From an uncultured Gemmatimonadales bacterium (GTDB lineage Bacteria > Gemmatimonadota > Gemmatimonadetes > Gemmatimonadales > GWC2-71-9), in NCBI GenBank assembly GCA_963779755.1, contig CAVZZO010000001.1:1945650-2009649 (forward strand): DNA of 64,000 bases, in the 5' to 3' direction. Positions 8,550 to 18,402 of this stretch are shown here, piece by piece. The notes below the pieces were generated by a model, which was not told where the DNA came from, did not search any database, and saw nothing but the letters and a program-made list of their open reading frames with translations. Made by a program: the position numbers and the translations under genes. Numbering within the stretch: position 1 is the first letter of the stretch; each line of letters starts with the position of its first letter.

Positions 8550-10679
8550 ATGAAGCAGGTGGTGCTGCGTTCCGGCCAGGCGCTGGTAGTCGATGTGCCG
8601 GCACCCGCCGTCGCGCCCGGCGGGGTGCTGGTCCGGGTCAGCCATTCGGTCATCAGCTCCGGCACCGAGCGGGTCAACCTGCAATCCAGCGGCGAGTCGG
8701 TGCTGTCCCGGGCCCGTCGCCGCCCGGAACTGGCCGCGAGCCTGCTCCGCCAGGCCTGGCGCAATGGTCTTGGCCCCACGCTCGAGAAGGTCCGCCGGAA
8801 GCTGGACGCCGAGCGTCCGGCGGGGTACACCTGCGCCGGTACGGTCGTCGCTCCGGGGGCCGGCGTGACCGACCTCCCCGCCGGAACGGCAGTCGCCTGC
8901 GCGGGGGGCGGCTATGCCGTACATGCCGAGTACGTGTGGGTCCCGAGGAATCTGGTGGCGCCCATTCCCGAAGGGGTCACCGCCGCGGCGGGTGCCTCGG
9001 TGGCGATCGGCGCCATCGCGCTGCAGGGCGTGAGGCAGGCGGCCATCGAGTTGGGCGATCGGGTGGTGGTGACCGGACTCGGGCTCATCGGGCTGCTGAC
9101 CGTCCAGCTGGCGCGCGCCGCGGGTGGCGAAGTGCTGGCGGTGGACCCGCTCCCGGAGCGGCGCAAGCTGGCGCTGACCCTGGGTGCCGCGCACGCGGCC
9201 GGCCCCGGAGATGCCGCGGCACTGGTGGCCGGCTGGACCGCGGGCCTCGGCGCCGACCGGGTGTTGCTGACCGCGGCCACGCCGAGCGACGGGCCGCTGC
9301 GGCAGGCCATGGAGCTGGTGCGGCAGCGCGGTACCGTTGTGGTGGTCGGCGACGTGGGGCTCGGCCTTACCCGTTCGCCCTTCTACGAAAAGGAAGTCGA
9401 GCTCCGGATCTCCTGTTCCTACGGCCCGGGGCGATACGATCCTTCCTACGAGGAGGGCGGCCTCGACTATCCCGCCGGTCTGGTTCGCTGGACCGAGAAC
9501 CGGAACATGGCGGCTTACCTCGAGCTGTTGCGTGCGGGATCGGTGCGGTGGGAGCCCCTCGCGTCGCGGACGCTGCCGGTGGACCAGGCGGGGCAGGCCT
9601 ATGCCGATCTCGAGTCCGGCGCGCCACCGCTGGCTATTACCCTGACCTATACACCGGATGGTCCGCCCGACCATTCCGCCGGCGCGACGGTGGCGTCGCC
9701 CGCCCTGGTGCGCCGGAGCGGCGTGGTGCGTCTCGGCATCGTGGGGGCCGGCGAATTCGTCCGATCGATGCATCTGCCGCAGCTGCTGCGGCTCCCCAAC
9801 CGGTTCTCCGTGGTAGCCGTGGCCAACCGCACGGGGCTCAGCGCACGCTCGGCGGCCCAGCAGGCGGGCGCTCCGTTCTGGACCACGGAGGTCCAGGCGC
9901 TGCTGGAACGGCCGGAGGTCGATGCGGTGCTGATCGCGACCCGGCACCACCTCCATGCGGAGCTGGCGATCGCCGCGCTCGAGGCGGGGAAGGCGGTATT
10001 CCTGGAAAAACCGCTCGCGGTCGAGCCGGAGGAGCTGGACCGGCTGCTGCCGGTGATCGCCGGCTCGGACCAGCCGTTCCTGGCGGGGTTCAACCGGCGT
10101 TTCTCGCCGGCCGCCGCCCTGCTGGCCGAGCGCATCGCGGCGCATGCTGCGCCGCCGGTGCTGCTGTACCGGGTGAATGCCGGCCCGCCGGGGAAAAACG
10201 ACTGGACCCTCGGGCCGGAGGGCGGTGGCCGCGCGGTGGGCGAGGCGTGCCATATGGTCGACCTGCTGGAGTTTCTGGGCGGACCGTTCGACCCCGCGAT
10301 CGGTGTGGTTGCCGCGGGCTCATCCTGGCCCGATGCCGACTTCAGCGCGCAGTTCCGACATACCGGCGGGGCCGCAGCCACCCTGGTCTATACGGTGCGC
10401 GGCAACGCCGGGCTGCCGAAGGAACACCTGGAGGCGTTCCTGGGCGGGGAAGCCGTCGTCCTGGAGGATTTCCGGCATGTGGTCGGCTATGGGCGCGGGC
10501 GGCCATCGCGCCGGAGCACGGGGAAAGGCCACGCGGAGATCTGGGAGGCGTTCTACCGCGCCTGTACCACCGGCGACCGGCTGCCGATCCCGCTGGATTC
10601 GCTGGCGTCGGTGGCGCGGGCGACGTTCCGGATTCGCGCTCTGGCGCGCGGCGGTCAGGACTCCAGCAGCTCTTCGTAG
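8550..10679 (+). CDS. Bi-domain oxidoreductase (Zn-ADH-like MDR domain plus Gfo/Idh/MocA domain)
   Basis: N-terminal SVISSGTE, GLGLIG and SCSYGPGRYD..YE..G.DYP...VRWTENRN; C-terminal GIVGAG, VFLEKP, GFNRRFSP and GEACH. Confidence 0.9.
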   Translation: MKQVVLRSGQALVVDVPAPAVAPGGVLVRVSHSVISSGTERVNLQSSGESVLSRARRRPELAASLLRQAWRNGLGPTLEKVRRKLDAERPAGYTCAGTVVAPGAGVTDLPAGTAVACAGGGYAVHAEYVWVPRNLVAPIPEGVTAAAGASVAIGAIALQGVRQAAIELGDRVVVTGLGLIGLLTVQLARAAGGEVLAVDPLPERRKLALTLGAAHAAGPGDAAALVAGWTAGLGADRVLLTAATPSDGPLRQAMELVRQRGTVVVVGDVGLGLTRSPFYEKEVELRISCSYGPGRYDPSYEEGGLDYPAGLVRWTENRNMAAYLELLRAGSVRWEPLASRTLPVDQAGQAYADLESGAPPLAITLTYTPDGPPDHSAGATVASPALVRRSGVVRLGIVGAGEFVRSMHLPQLLRLPNRFSVVAVANRTGLSARSAAQQAGAPFWTTEVQALLERPEVDAVLIATRHHLHAELAIAALEAGKAVFLEKPLAVEPEELDRLLPVIAGSDQPFLAGFNRRFSPAAALLAERIAAHAAPPVLLYRVNAGPPGKNDWTLGPEGGGRAVGEACHMVDLLEFLGGPFDPAIGVVAAGSSWPDADFSAQFRHTGGAAATLVYTVRGNAGLPKEHLEAFLGGEAVVLEDFRHVVGYGRGRPSRRSTGKGHAEIWEAFYRACTTGDRLPIPLDSLASVARATFRIRALARGGQDSSSSS

Positions 10680-11935
10680 ATGCTTCGCAGCACCTGCGCT
10701 TCGCTTTCCCAGCTCAGCCGCTCGCTCACGATCGCCCGTGCCCGTCGGGCCCGCTCCGCCCGTTCCGCCGGCGATGCGGCGCGGAACTCCCGCAGCACCT
10801 CCACCGCCGCGTCGACCGACCCGCCCGGAAAGTACCAGAGCGTGCCGGGCGGGAAGTACTCCTGGTAGGTCGGCAGCGCGGTCGCCACGACCGGCAAGCC
10901 GAGATGCACGTATTCCAGCAGCTTGGTGGAGAGCGAGTACCGGGTCATCCCGTTCTCCCGGGTCGGGACCAGCCCGGCATGATACCGGGGCAGCAGCACC
11001 CGCAGTTGTTCGTGTGGTGCGGAGCCCTTGAGCCGCACGAACGGTCCCAGGCCGGCGGCGGCAATACGCCGTTCCAGCGCTTCCTGCTGAGGCCCTTCTC
11101 CATAGAGATCGAGCTCGACCTCCAGGCCTCGCTGCCGAGCGGCGGCGACGATGTCCACTGCAATATCCAGCCCGTAGAGCTCGGTCAGGGTCCCGTGGTA
11201 GACCAGCCGCAGGGGGCCCGGCTCGATGATGCCGCTGGTGACGCCGCCCGGTCCGAAGTCGGCCGGGTCGGTTACATTGTGTACCACCGCGATCCGCTCG
11301 CCGTTGCCGGCGGGGCGCTGGCGCAGCAGCCGGGCAACCGCTGCATTCACCGTGACGACCACCGTCGCCTGCCGGCGCGACCAGCGTTCGACCGCGGCGG
11401 CCAGGCGGCCGGCCAGGGCGCCCGCGGGCCCGGGGAACTTGGTGCGTGTGAACTCGGGGAAGATTTCGTGCAGATCGAGAATCACCCGGGCCCCCCGCCG
11501 GCGCGCCGGCGCGGCGGCGGCCACCAGGAAGTCCGGCAGCGTGTGCACGTGGACGATGCGGGCCCGCCGCAGCCGGTCGTCATTCGCGATGAGCCGCCGC
11601 GCGCGCCTGAGGAAATCCAGATAATTCAGCAGATACGTGGCGAACCCGCCGCGGCGCCGCGGGGTCGGCAGCCTGATCACCGCCAGCGGGCCGTAACGCG
11701 AGATCGGCCGGGGATCCCGGCCGCCTGCCGCCACGATGAGCGCCACGCGGCGGCCGCCTTCGGCGGCCACCATGGCTTCACGCCGGGGACGGGGGTCCTC
11801 GGGGAAGGGCGTGTGGGCCACGTGAATGATGTCAAACGGCGGATGCTGGGAACGGGGCACGGGCCGCTCTGGGCTCGGGAGATGGTCGGCTCTGGACTCG
11901 GAGGAGAAAGGTGCTGCAACCGGAGGGGCTGGCAA
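10655..11935 (-). CDS. Glycosyltransferase family 4
   Basis: Motifs DPRPRREA, VHVHTLPDFL, LDLHE, LVYHGTL, STKLLEY...GLPVVA. The start may instead be the GTG at 11860. Confidence 0.85.
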   Translation of the reverse strand: MPAPPVAAPFSSESRADHLPSPERPVPRSQHPPFDIIHVAHTPFPEDPRPRREAMVAAEGGRRVALIVAAGGRDPRPISRYGPLAVIRLPTPRRRGGFATYLLNYLDFLRRARRLIANDDRLRRARIVHVHTLPDFLVAAAAPARRRGARVILDLHEIFPEFTRTKFPGPAGALAGRLAAAVERWSRRQATVVVTVNAAVARLLRQRPAGNGERIAVVHNVTDPADFGPGGVTSGIIEPGPLRLVYHGTLTELYGLDIAVDIVAAARQRGLEVELDLYGEGPQQEALERRIAAAGLGPFVRLKGSAPHEQLRVLLPRYHAGLVPTRENGMTRYSLSTKLLEYVHLGLPVVATALPTYQEYFPPGTLWYFPGGSVDAAVEVLREFRAASPAERAERARRARAIVSERLSWESEAQVLRSIYEELLES

Positions 11936-11970
11936 GGGGTGAGGACCGGATGAACCGGAGGGGGCGCTAG

Positions 11971-13854
11971 ATGTGCGGGGTCGCCGGACTGGTGGGCCAT
12001 GCCCCGGACCGGGGACGGCCGCTGCTGGAGCGGCTCACGGCGGCGCTGGCGCACCGCGGCCCGGATGGCGCCGGCATCCGCTGCTTCGACGAGGGCGTGC
12101 TGCTGGGGCACCGACGGCTCAGCATCGTGGATCTCGCCACCGGCGACCAGCCGATGTCCAACGAGACGGGCGACGTCTGGATCACCTATAACGGCGAGAT
12201 CTACAACCACCTGGAGCTGCGGCGCACCCTGGAGGCGGCGGGACATCGCTTCCACACCCGGGCGGACAGCGAAGTGCTGGTGCACGGCTGGGAGGAATGG
12301 GGCACCGAGCTCTTCCCCCGCCTCAACGGCATCTACGCCTTCTCGCTCTACGATCAGCGCCGGGGCCCGGGGCAGGGCGTCTGGCTGGTGCGCGACCCGG
12401 TGGGCGTGAAACCGCTCTACCTGGGGCACAGCGGCGGGGGCTTCTGGTTTGCCAGTGAGCTGGCCGCTGCGCAATCCGCCGGCCTGGTGCCGGGCGCCCT
12501 GCGCGCCGGGGCGCTCGGCGAGTTCCTGGTGTACCGCTTCGTCCCTTCGCCCGGGACATTCTACGAGGGCGTCTGGAAGGTGCCCCCGCGCCATTTCTGC
12601 CGGCTCCCAGCGTCGCCGGGCGCCGAACCCGAATTCCAGTCGTTTGCGCCACGCTTTGCGCCGGCGGCCCCGCCGCGGAGCCGGGACGAGTGGGAGGAAG
12701 CGATTCGCGACGGCCTCGACGGGGCGGTGAACCGGCAGCTGATGTCGGATGTCCCGGTCGGGTCGCTGCTGTCGGGCGGCGTGGATTCCACGGTGGTGAC
12801 CGGCCTCATGCGGGATCATCTGCCCGATCCACCGCAGGCCTTCGCGGTCGGATTCCCCGAGGCGGGAGCATTGGCCGAGTTGCCGGTGGCGCGCCGCGCT
12901 GCCGCGGCGCTCCGGGTGCCGCTGCGCGAGGTGGAACTGGACCGCACCGAGTATCTCGCGGCATGGCCAGCGCAGGCGGCAATGCTGGGTGAGCCGATCG
13001 CGAACACCGGGTTGCTGATGGTGGGGTTGTTGTGCCGGACGGTCCGGCAGACACACAAGGTGGTGCTGAGCGGCCAGGGGGCGGACGAGCCGCTGGGCGG
13101 CTATGCCCGCCATGCGGCGGAGCGCTGGTACCGCTGGACCCGCCATGTCCCCGGCGTGCTGGCGCGGTTGCCTGAGCGGCTGGCCAGTTCCGACCGGGTG
13201 GCCCGCCTGGCGCGCGCCGCAGGGGAGGCCGACGAAGCGCGGCGCTATGCCGAAATCCTGGCGGTGTTCTCGCCCGAGGAGAGCGCCGCCCTGCGCGGCG
13301 CCGCCGACGCCGAACGCCTGGTCGCGCCGGTGCGGCGCTGGCTGCCGGCCCCGGGCGATTCCGACTCGCTCAACCGGCTGTTGCGGGTGGACGCCCGGCT
13401 CTCGCTGGCGGACGATCTGCTGACCGTTGCCGATCACATGGCCATGGCATCGTCGGTCGAGTTGCGGGTCCCGTTTCTCGACCTGCCGCTGCTCGGGCTG
13501 CTCGAGGCGATGCCCGGCCGGTACAAGGTCTCGGTCCTGGGCGAGCGCAAATGGCTTTATCGCCGCGCGGTGCGTCCCCTGCTGCCCGCATCACTCCACG
13601 GCCCCCTGCTGGGCTGGCGTGAGCGAACCGGCCCCAAGCTGGGATTCAGCACTCCGCTGGATGCCTGGTACCGGGGGTGGCTGCGCGCCCAGGCTGAAGA
13701 CTACCTGGTGGGACCGCAGGCCCGGCTGCCGGGCTGGCTCCAGCCGGCGCGGGTGCGGGAGGTCGTGGCCGAGGCGCGCGATCGAGGCCGCCCGCGGCAG
13801 CGCCAGCTGCTGGCCCTGTACACCCTGGAAACCTGGTTACGGTCGCATACCTGA
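11971..13854 (+). CDS. asnB: Asparagine synthase (glutamine-hydrolysing) family amidotransferase
   Basis: Ntn nucleophile MCG, HRGPD, GHRRLSIVD, NGEIYN, RDPVGVKPLY, LSGGVDS, SGQGADE, ELRVPFLD. In this context it probably amidates a polysaccharide uronic acid. Confidence 0.93.
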   Translation: MCGVAGLVGHAPDRGRPLLERLTAALAHRGPDGAGIRCFDEGVLLGHRRLSIVDLATGDQPMSNETGDVWITYNGEIYNHLELRRTLEAAGHRFHTRADSEVLVHGWEEWGTELFPRLNGIYAFSLYDQRRGPGQGVWLVRDPVGVKPLYLGHSGGGFWFASELAAAQSAGLVPGALRAGALGEFLVYRFVPSPGTFYEGVWKVPPRHFCRLPASPGAEPEFQSFAPRFAPAAPPRSRDEWEEAIRDGLDGAVNRQLMSDVPVGSLLSGGVDSTVVTGLMRDHLPDPPQAFAVGFPEAGALAELPVARRAAAALRVPLREVELDRTEYLAAWPAQAAMLGEPIANTGLLMVGLLCRTVRQTHKVVLSGQGADEPLGGYARHAAERWYRWTRHVPGVLARLPERLASSDRVARLARAAGEADEARRYAEILAVFSPEESAALRGAADAERLVAPVRRWLPAPGDSDSLNRLLRVDARLSLADDLLTVADHMAMASSVELRVPFLDLPLLGLLEAMPGRYKVSVLGERKWLYRRAVRPLLPASLHGPLLGWRERTGPKLGFSTPLDAWYRGWLRAQAEDYLVGPQARLPGWLQPARVREVVAEARDRGRPRQRQLLALYTLETWLRSHT

Positions 13855-15009
13855 GCGAACGGCACCGTAGGCCGCGAGCAGCGCGCGCGAGGCCTGCGCC
13901 CAGCCGAATGTTCCCTGCAGCGCCCGCATGGCCGCGCCGATATTGCGCCGGCGGGTCTCGTCGCGCAGCAGATCCAGGGCACCGGCCAGCGCCCCGGCCG
14001 AGGGCGGCTCCAGTACCAGGGCATCGGCCACGCCGCGCATGATCCGGCCCGGTTCTCCCAGCGGCGCTGTAATGAGCGGCAGGCCGTAGGCGATGGCCAG
14101 ATGGAGCGTGTTGGACGCGGCGAAGCGGGTGTAGGGATGGGAAGGCTCCAGGACATAATACAGTGCGTCGGCGGCGGCGTAGAGCCCGGCGGGCTGGTCC
14201 TGCCAGCCGGTTACCCGCAGGTTGCCGCTGTTCTGTCCGGCGGCCTGGAGCCGGCGCTCCAGGGGGAGCTCTCCCCGTCCCGCCACGACGAACATCCAGC
14301 CGGGGCGCTCGGCGGCCGCCTCGATCAGCAGGTCGAGCCGCCGTTCGGCCGCGATTCCGCCCGCATACAGGAGCACCGGGGTATCGTCGGTGATCCCCAA
14401 CTCTGCCCGGGCGCGGGCGCGGGCTTCCCGGCTCACGGTCACCGGATCGTACCAGTTCCCCACCACGAACACCGGGGTCCGTCCCCGGACGGCATCCCAG
14501 TATGCCGCCACCCGCTGCTGGCTCACCGTGACCAGCGCGTCGACCGAATGGCGCACCAGCCACCGCTCCGTTCCCGCCAGGGCGGCCAGCAGCGGTCGCG
14601 GGTATCGCTCGGCTTCCATCACGTGGTAGATCTCGTGCGCATCGTAGATGAGCGGTGCCCGCAGCCGCCGGGCGAGGAAGGCGCCCAGCGGGAGCATCAG
14701 CAGGTCGTGGGCATGCACCACATCGGCCCTGGACTCGCGCGACCGGCGGCTGGCCTCGCGATAGAATCGCGCCAGCGTACCGAGCTGCCGGATGCCCCGC
14801 TGCCGCTCAGCCGGGGTGCGGATGCGTTCGATCAGGAGGCCGTCCCGGGTTTCGGTCTCCGGAGCGCGGGCCTCGCGATCCCAGCAGAGAATCCGGACCG
14901 CTGCGCCGGCGTCCCGCAGCGCGGCCGCTTCCCGCAGGACCCGCCAGTCGGGGGCGCAGGCATTGTCCAGCAGCATCAGCACCCGCCGCCCCGCGAGCGC
15001 CGCGCTCAT
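13837..15009 (-). CDS. Glycosyltransferase family 4
   Basis: Motifs DWRVLREA, DVVHAHD, LIYDAHE, LYAGGI. ATG at 15009 overlaps the upstream stop (ATGA). Confidence 0.85.
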   Translation of the reverse strand: MSAALAGRRVLMLLDNACAPDWRVLREAAALRDAGAAVRILCWDREARAPETETRDGLLIERIRTPAERQRGIRQLGTLARFYREASRRSRESRADVVHAHDLLMLPLGAFLARRLRAPLIYDAHEIYHVMEAERYPRPLLAALAGTERWLVRHSVDALVTVSQQRVAAYWDAVRGRTPVFVVGNWYDPVTVSREARARARAELGITDDTPVLLYAGGIAAERRLDLLIEAAAERPGWMFVVAGRGELPLERRLQAAGQNSGNLRVTGWQDQPAGLYAAADALYYVLEPSHPYTRFAASNTLHLAIAYGLPLITAPLGEPGRIMRGVADALVLEPPSAGALAGALDLLRDETRRRNIGAAMRALQGTFGWAQASRALLAAYGAVRSGMRP

Positions 15010-16391
15010 GCGGGGGCGGGGAAGTCGGCCCGGAGCACCGCGGTGAGCAGCGTGGCCGCGATCAGCACGGTGCCGGCCGTCGAGAAATAGGGCTGCAGGC
15101 AGGCGGTCACCCCCATGATGGTAAGACCGCCGAGCGAGGTAGCGGCGATGCTTCGAGTCGCCTCGTCCCGTATGGCCGCCCCGGCGCGACGGAACCAGAG
15201 CAGCGTGAAGGGAAGCGCGGCGGCTACCCCGACGAGACCGTTGTTCACCAGAAACCAGAGCGGATCGTTGTGGATCGAGCTGGTGAACGAGGCGGCAAAC
15301 TCGGCGACTTCGATGTTGAAGTATTCGAAGACGTTGGTGAAGCCCAGCCCGGTGCCGAGCAGGGGGTGGTCCAGCCAGGTGAGGAAAGCGTTGCGCCAGG
15401 AGAAGAGGCGCCAGAGCCCCGAGGTGGTGATGTTCTCCGGGTTGAATCGCTGCAGGATCAGTCCGCCCAGCGGGGTGGCGGTGATGAGGATGTAGAGGAC
15501 TGGCGCGGCCACCAGCGCCATGGCGATGGCTGCCAGGATGGCGCGGCGGCCGCGCATGATGACGAGCTGGACGACCAGCCCCGCCGCCAGCGCTGCCCAG
15601 GCGGTGCGATAATTGGACACCAGGACGGCGCCGGCGTCGACAGCGGCCAGCAGCCACCAGCCGGCCGAGCGGGTGCGCGGGTCGAGGGCCCGCGACACCG
15701 CGATGAGCACGCCGATCCCGGCGGTGCTGGCCTCGATGAAAGAGAGATACCGGATGGTCGATCCGGCCAGCAGCTCCTCGGCGTATCCCGTCCCGGTGGC
15801 CACCCGTACGACGGCGATGATGGCCACCCCGATCCCCGACAGGGCCAGCGCGTTCATGGCCCGCTCGACGTGCCCCCGGTGCTGCAGGACGGCCGCGGTT
15901 ACCAGGATGGTGAGTGAATACAGGCCCATGCGCCGGTAATCGCCCAGGGCGCTGCGCAGGTCGTTGCCGGCGAGGGCACCGTGCACGAACGAGAGCGTCA
16001 GCCAGGAGAATAGCAGGAGATACATCCTGCGCCCGGGCCAGCGATGATCCCAGCGCTCCGGCGCTATGAATGTGCCGATCACCGCCGCTCCCAGGAGTCC
16101 TGCCACCAGGATGTCCAGGTAGTAGACGCGGATACCAAAGTCCACGCCGCCCGTTCCCAGGGGCAGGCCGAAGACTGCGGAGAGCACCAGCACGCTCAGC
16201 AGCGCCGGCATCGGCTCGGCGCTGGCGAAGATCATCAGCGTGCCGCCCAGCGCCACCATCAGCGGCAGCGCGAAGAGCGGCTGCTGGCCCAGCAATGCCA
16301 CGGTGCCGGAGACGGCCAGGGCTAGTCCGGCCGCCAGCCAGGTCCAGCTGGAGCGACGCATCAGCGGGCGTTCAGGAGCGGGTGCCGACAT
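15006..16391 (-). CDS. O-antigen ligase/polymerase (Wzy_C) family membrane protein
   Basis: About 11-12 hydrophobic segments; SNYRTAW, WRLFSW, HPLLGTGLG and a conserved HND motif. Confidence 0.82.
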   Translation of the reverse strand: MSAPAPERPLMRRSSWTWLAAGLALAVSGTVALLGQQPLFALPLMVALGGTLMIFASAEPMPALLSVLVLSAVFGLPLGTGGVDFGIRVYYLDILVAGLLGAAVIGTFIAPERWDHRWPGRRMYLLLFSWLTLSFVHGALAGNDLRSALGDYRRMGLYSLTILVTAAVLQHRGHVERAMNALALSGIGVAIIAVVRVATGTGYAEELLAGSTIRYLSFIEASTAGIGVLIAVSRALDPRTRSAGWWLLAAVDAGAVLVSNYRTAWAALAAGLVVQLVIMRGRRAILAAIAMALVAAPVLYILITATPLGGLILQRFNPENITTSGLWRLFSWRNAFLTWLDHPLLGTGLGFTNVFEYFNIEVAEFAASFTSSIHNDPLWFLVNNGLVGVAAALPFTLLWFRRAGAAIRDEATRSIAATSLGGLTIMGVTACLQPYFSTAGTVLIAATLLTAVLRADFPAPA

Positions 16392-18402
16392 CGATAACGG
16401 TACGGATCGCGTGTACGGCCCTGCCGGGAACCAGCTCGCCGGACAGCCGCAGGTAAGAGGCGGGAGCGCGCCGCGAATAGCCCGCACTGTACCAGCCGTC
16501 GAGGGCTTCCCAGCGTGCCGTGATGCCGTGGAGCGACGCCTGGCCGGTGAGGATCGCCCCTTGGCTCGCGACCCGCCAGGTCTCCGCAGTTACTTCCTGC
16601 ACCGCCACGCCGGGCGCGAGCGGCAGCGTGAGGCAGATCGGCAGCCGGCTGGCGTGGCCCCGGCAGGGCTGGAGCAGGTCGAGCACGATCCAGCGGCGCG
16701 TCCCCGGACGGTGCGCGATGCGCCGGATGTGGCGGAGGTGAAACGGCGCCCGCTGATAGCCGGTATGGCTGCCCCGGAAGACCCAGGTGCCGCCCTGCTG
16801 CCGCAGCGCGCGGTCCACCGGCCGGGCATCGGGGATGAGTCGGAAGGCGCTGGTATCAGAATAGCGGTTCTGTTCAGCGTGCCCCACCGCCACCGTGCTG
16901 TGCATCAGGGTGGAGCGGAAGTGCTGCCGCGCAGCTACGTCGCGGGTGTAGACCCAGGTTCCGGGATCGGCGATGACCTCGCGGCCGTCGTGGAACAGCG
17001 TAAAGCTCAGCTTGTCGTTGTGGGCGTGCCCGCCGCGTCCGTTCTGGCCGTTCCAGCCGCACACCGCCACCAGTTCGGTCGCGCCGTCCGACAACCGGGC
17101 GATGCCCGCCGCGGGCAGGAACAGCGCCGCCCGGCCGGGCCTCCCCGTGGGGCCATTTCCCCGAACGGCGGGACCCCGCAGCCAGACGGTCTCGGGCGTG
17201 TCTTCCCGCGGCTCTCGCCCGGCGGCGGGCCCGAACAGCGGCACCAGATAGCTGAAATCCCGGGGATCCCTGGAATGGAGCACGTGCAGCCGCGCGTCGT
17301 CCGAGTCGCCGATCTGCGGCGCCTGCCCGCGGGCGGTGGTCAGCACGTCCGCCGCCTCCAGCATGCGCTCGAGCCGCTCCCGGAAGCGGCCGCGGGGCGC
17401 CTCGCGGTCGGCCAGCGCAGGATAGGCCAGCAGCTCCAGCGCCAGCCGATGGTAGCCGGCGGAAGATTCGAACGAGAATCCGTCGTCCAGCGTCTGCAGG
17501 ACGATTTCCCGTTCCGCCTCCCGGCGACCCAGGGCGGCCCAGCGGGCGGCGGGAGGATAGACCGGGGCGAGGTGCCCGAGATAGGCCAGTCCGGCGAGAT
17601 CGGCGAGATAATGATTGGAGCGAATCCCGTCGCGGTTCTCCAGGTTACGGACGATGAACCGTCCGTGCTCCACCAGGCTGCGAAAGAGCGGCTCGGCGAG
17701 CGCATCCGCCGCCGGCGCATCGCGGATCATGTCCCACGTCGCGATCCAGTTCGCCGCCCGGATAGCGACGTCCATGGTGCTGACCCACTGGATGCCGTAC
17801 CCCACCGGATTGTCCGCGATGAAGGAGCGGACCTGCCGGGCGATGGTATCCGGGTAGGCGGGGTTGTGGCGGAGCCGCCATGCCTGGGCCAGGGTCAGCA
17901 GATGCAGGCAGCGGCCCAGTTCCCAGGGCACTTTGGGATCGAGGCCCGGCTCCCGCCCGATGGCCAGCCCGGCGGACGGGACCGCAGGATCCCAGCCGCC
18001 CTGCGCGAACCAGTCCCGGTGCCAGTCAGGGGTCCCGCCCGGCCCGGCGATCCGCACGTCGCGGCCGAACAGGCAGACCCGGCCGGCGCACAGGGCATCC
18101 GCCGTTGCCACGATCTGGCCGGCGTGGTCGGGGAAGATCCGTTCCAGCACCGCGGCCGTCCCGGGGCGGGCGCCGTACCAACCCAGGCCGGCGGCCCCTT
18201 CGCGCCACCGCTGGAGGGCACCGCGGCCCAGGCGCTCCCGCAGCGCGGCCCACTCGCGCTCGTCCAGGCCGGCCCGCACTCGGCGCCGATGGCTGGCGCC
18301 CGAGCGCTGCTCCAGCTCGCGCCGCACCTTACCGCGCAGCAGTTCCAGGGTCATGCCGGGCCCCAGCAGGCGGGCCTCGCGCCATCCCCGGCGCCAGTCC
18401 AT
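16372..18402 (-). CDS. Heparinase II/III / alginate-lyase-like family protein
   Basis: Motifs DPKVPWELGR, NPVGYGIQWVSTMDVAIR, SNHYLADLAG, ESSAGYH, IGDSDD, GHAHNDKLSF, DPGTWVY. TGATG coupling to the flippase stop. Confidence 0.88.
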   Translation of the reverse strand: MDWRRGWREARLLGPGMTLELLRGKVRRELEQRSGASHRRRVRAGLDEREWAALRERLGRGALQRWREGAAGLGWYGARPGTAAVLERIFPDHAGQIVATADALCAGRVCLFGRDVRIAGPGGTPDWHRDWFAQGGWDPAVPSAGLAIGREPGLDPKVPWELGRCLHLLTLAQAWRLRHNPAYPDTIARQVRSFIADNPVGYGIQWVSTMDVAIRAANWIATWDMIRDAPAADALAEPLFRSLVEHGRFIVRNLENRDGIRSNHYLADLAGLAYLGHLAPVYPPAARWAALGRREAEREIVLQTLDDGFSFESSAGYHRLALELLAYPALADREAPRGRFRERLERMLEAADVLTTARGQAPQIGDSDDARLHVLHSRDPRDFSYLVPLFGPAAGREPREDTPETVWLRGPAVRGNGPTGRPGRAALFLPAAGIARLSDGATELVAVCGWNGQNGRGGHAHNDKLSFTLFHDGREVIADPGTWVYTRDVAARQHFRSTLMHSTVAVGHAEQNRYSDTSAFRLIPDARPVDRALRQQGGTWVFRGSHTGYQRAPFHLRHIRRIAHRPGTRRWIVLDLLQPCRGHASRLPICLTLPLAPGVAVQEVTAETWRVASQGAILTGQASLHGITARWEALDGWYSAGYSRRAPASYLRLSGELVPGRAVHAIRTVIDVGTRS

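Noticed and set aside
7880-11953. 1357-aa + strand ORF and similar long Arg/Gly/Pro-rich ORFs (16240-18789, 17880-20891, 23003-25525, 58081-60906)
   Set aside because: These are off-frame or antisense to well-supported genes and have the low-complexity composition of GC-rich shadow frames.
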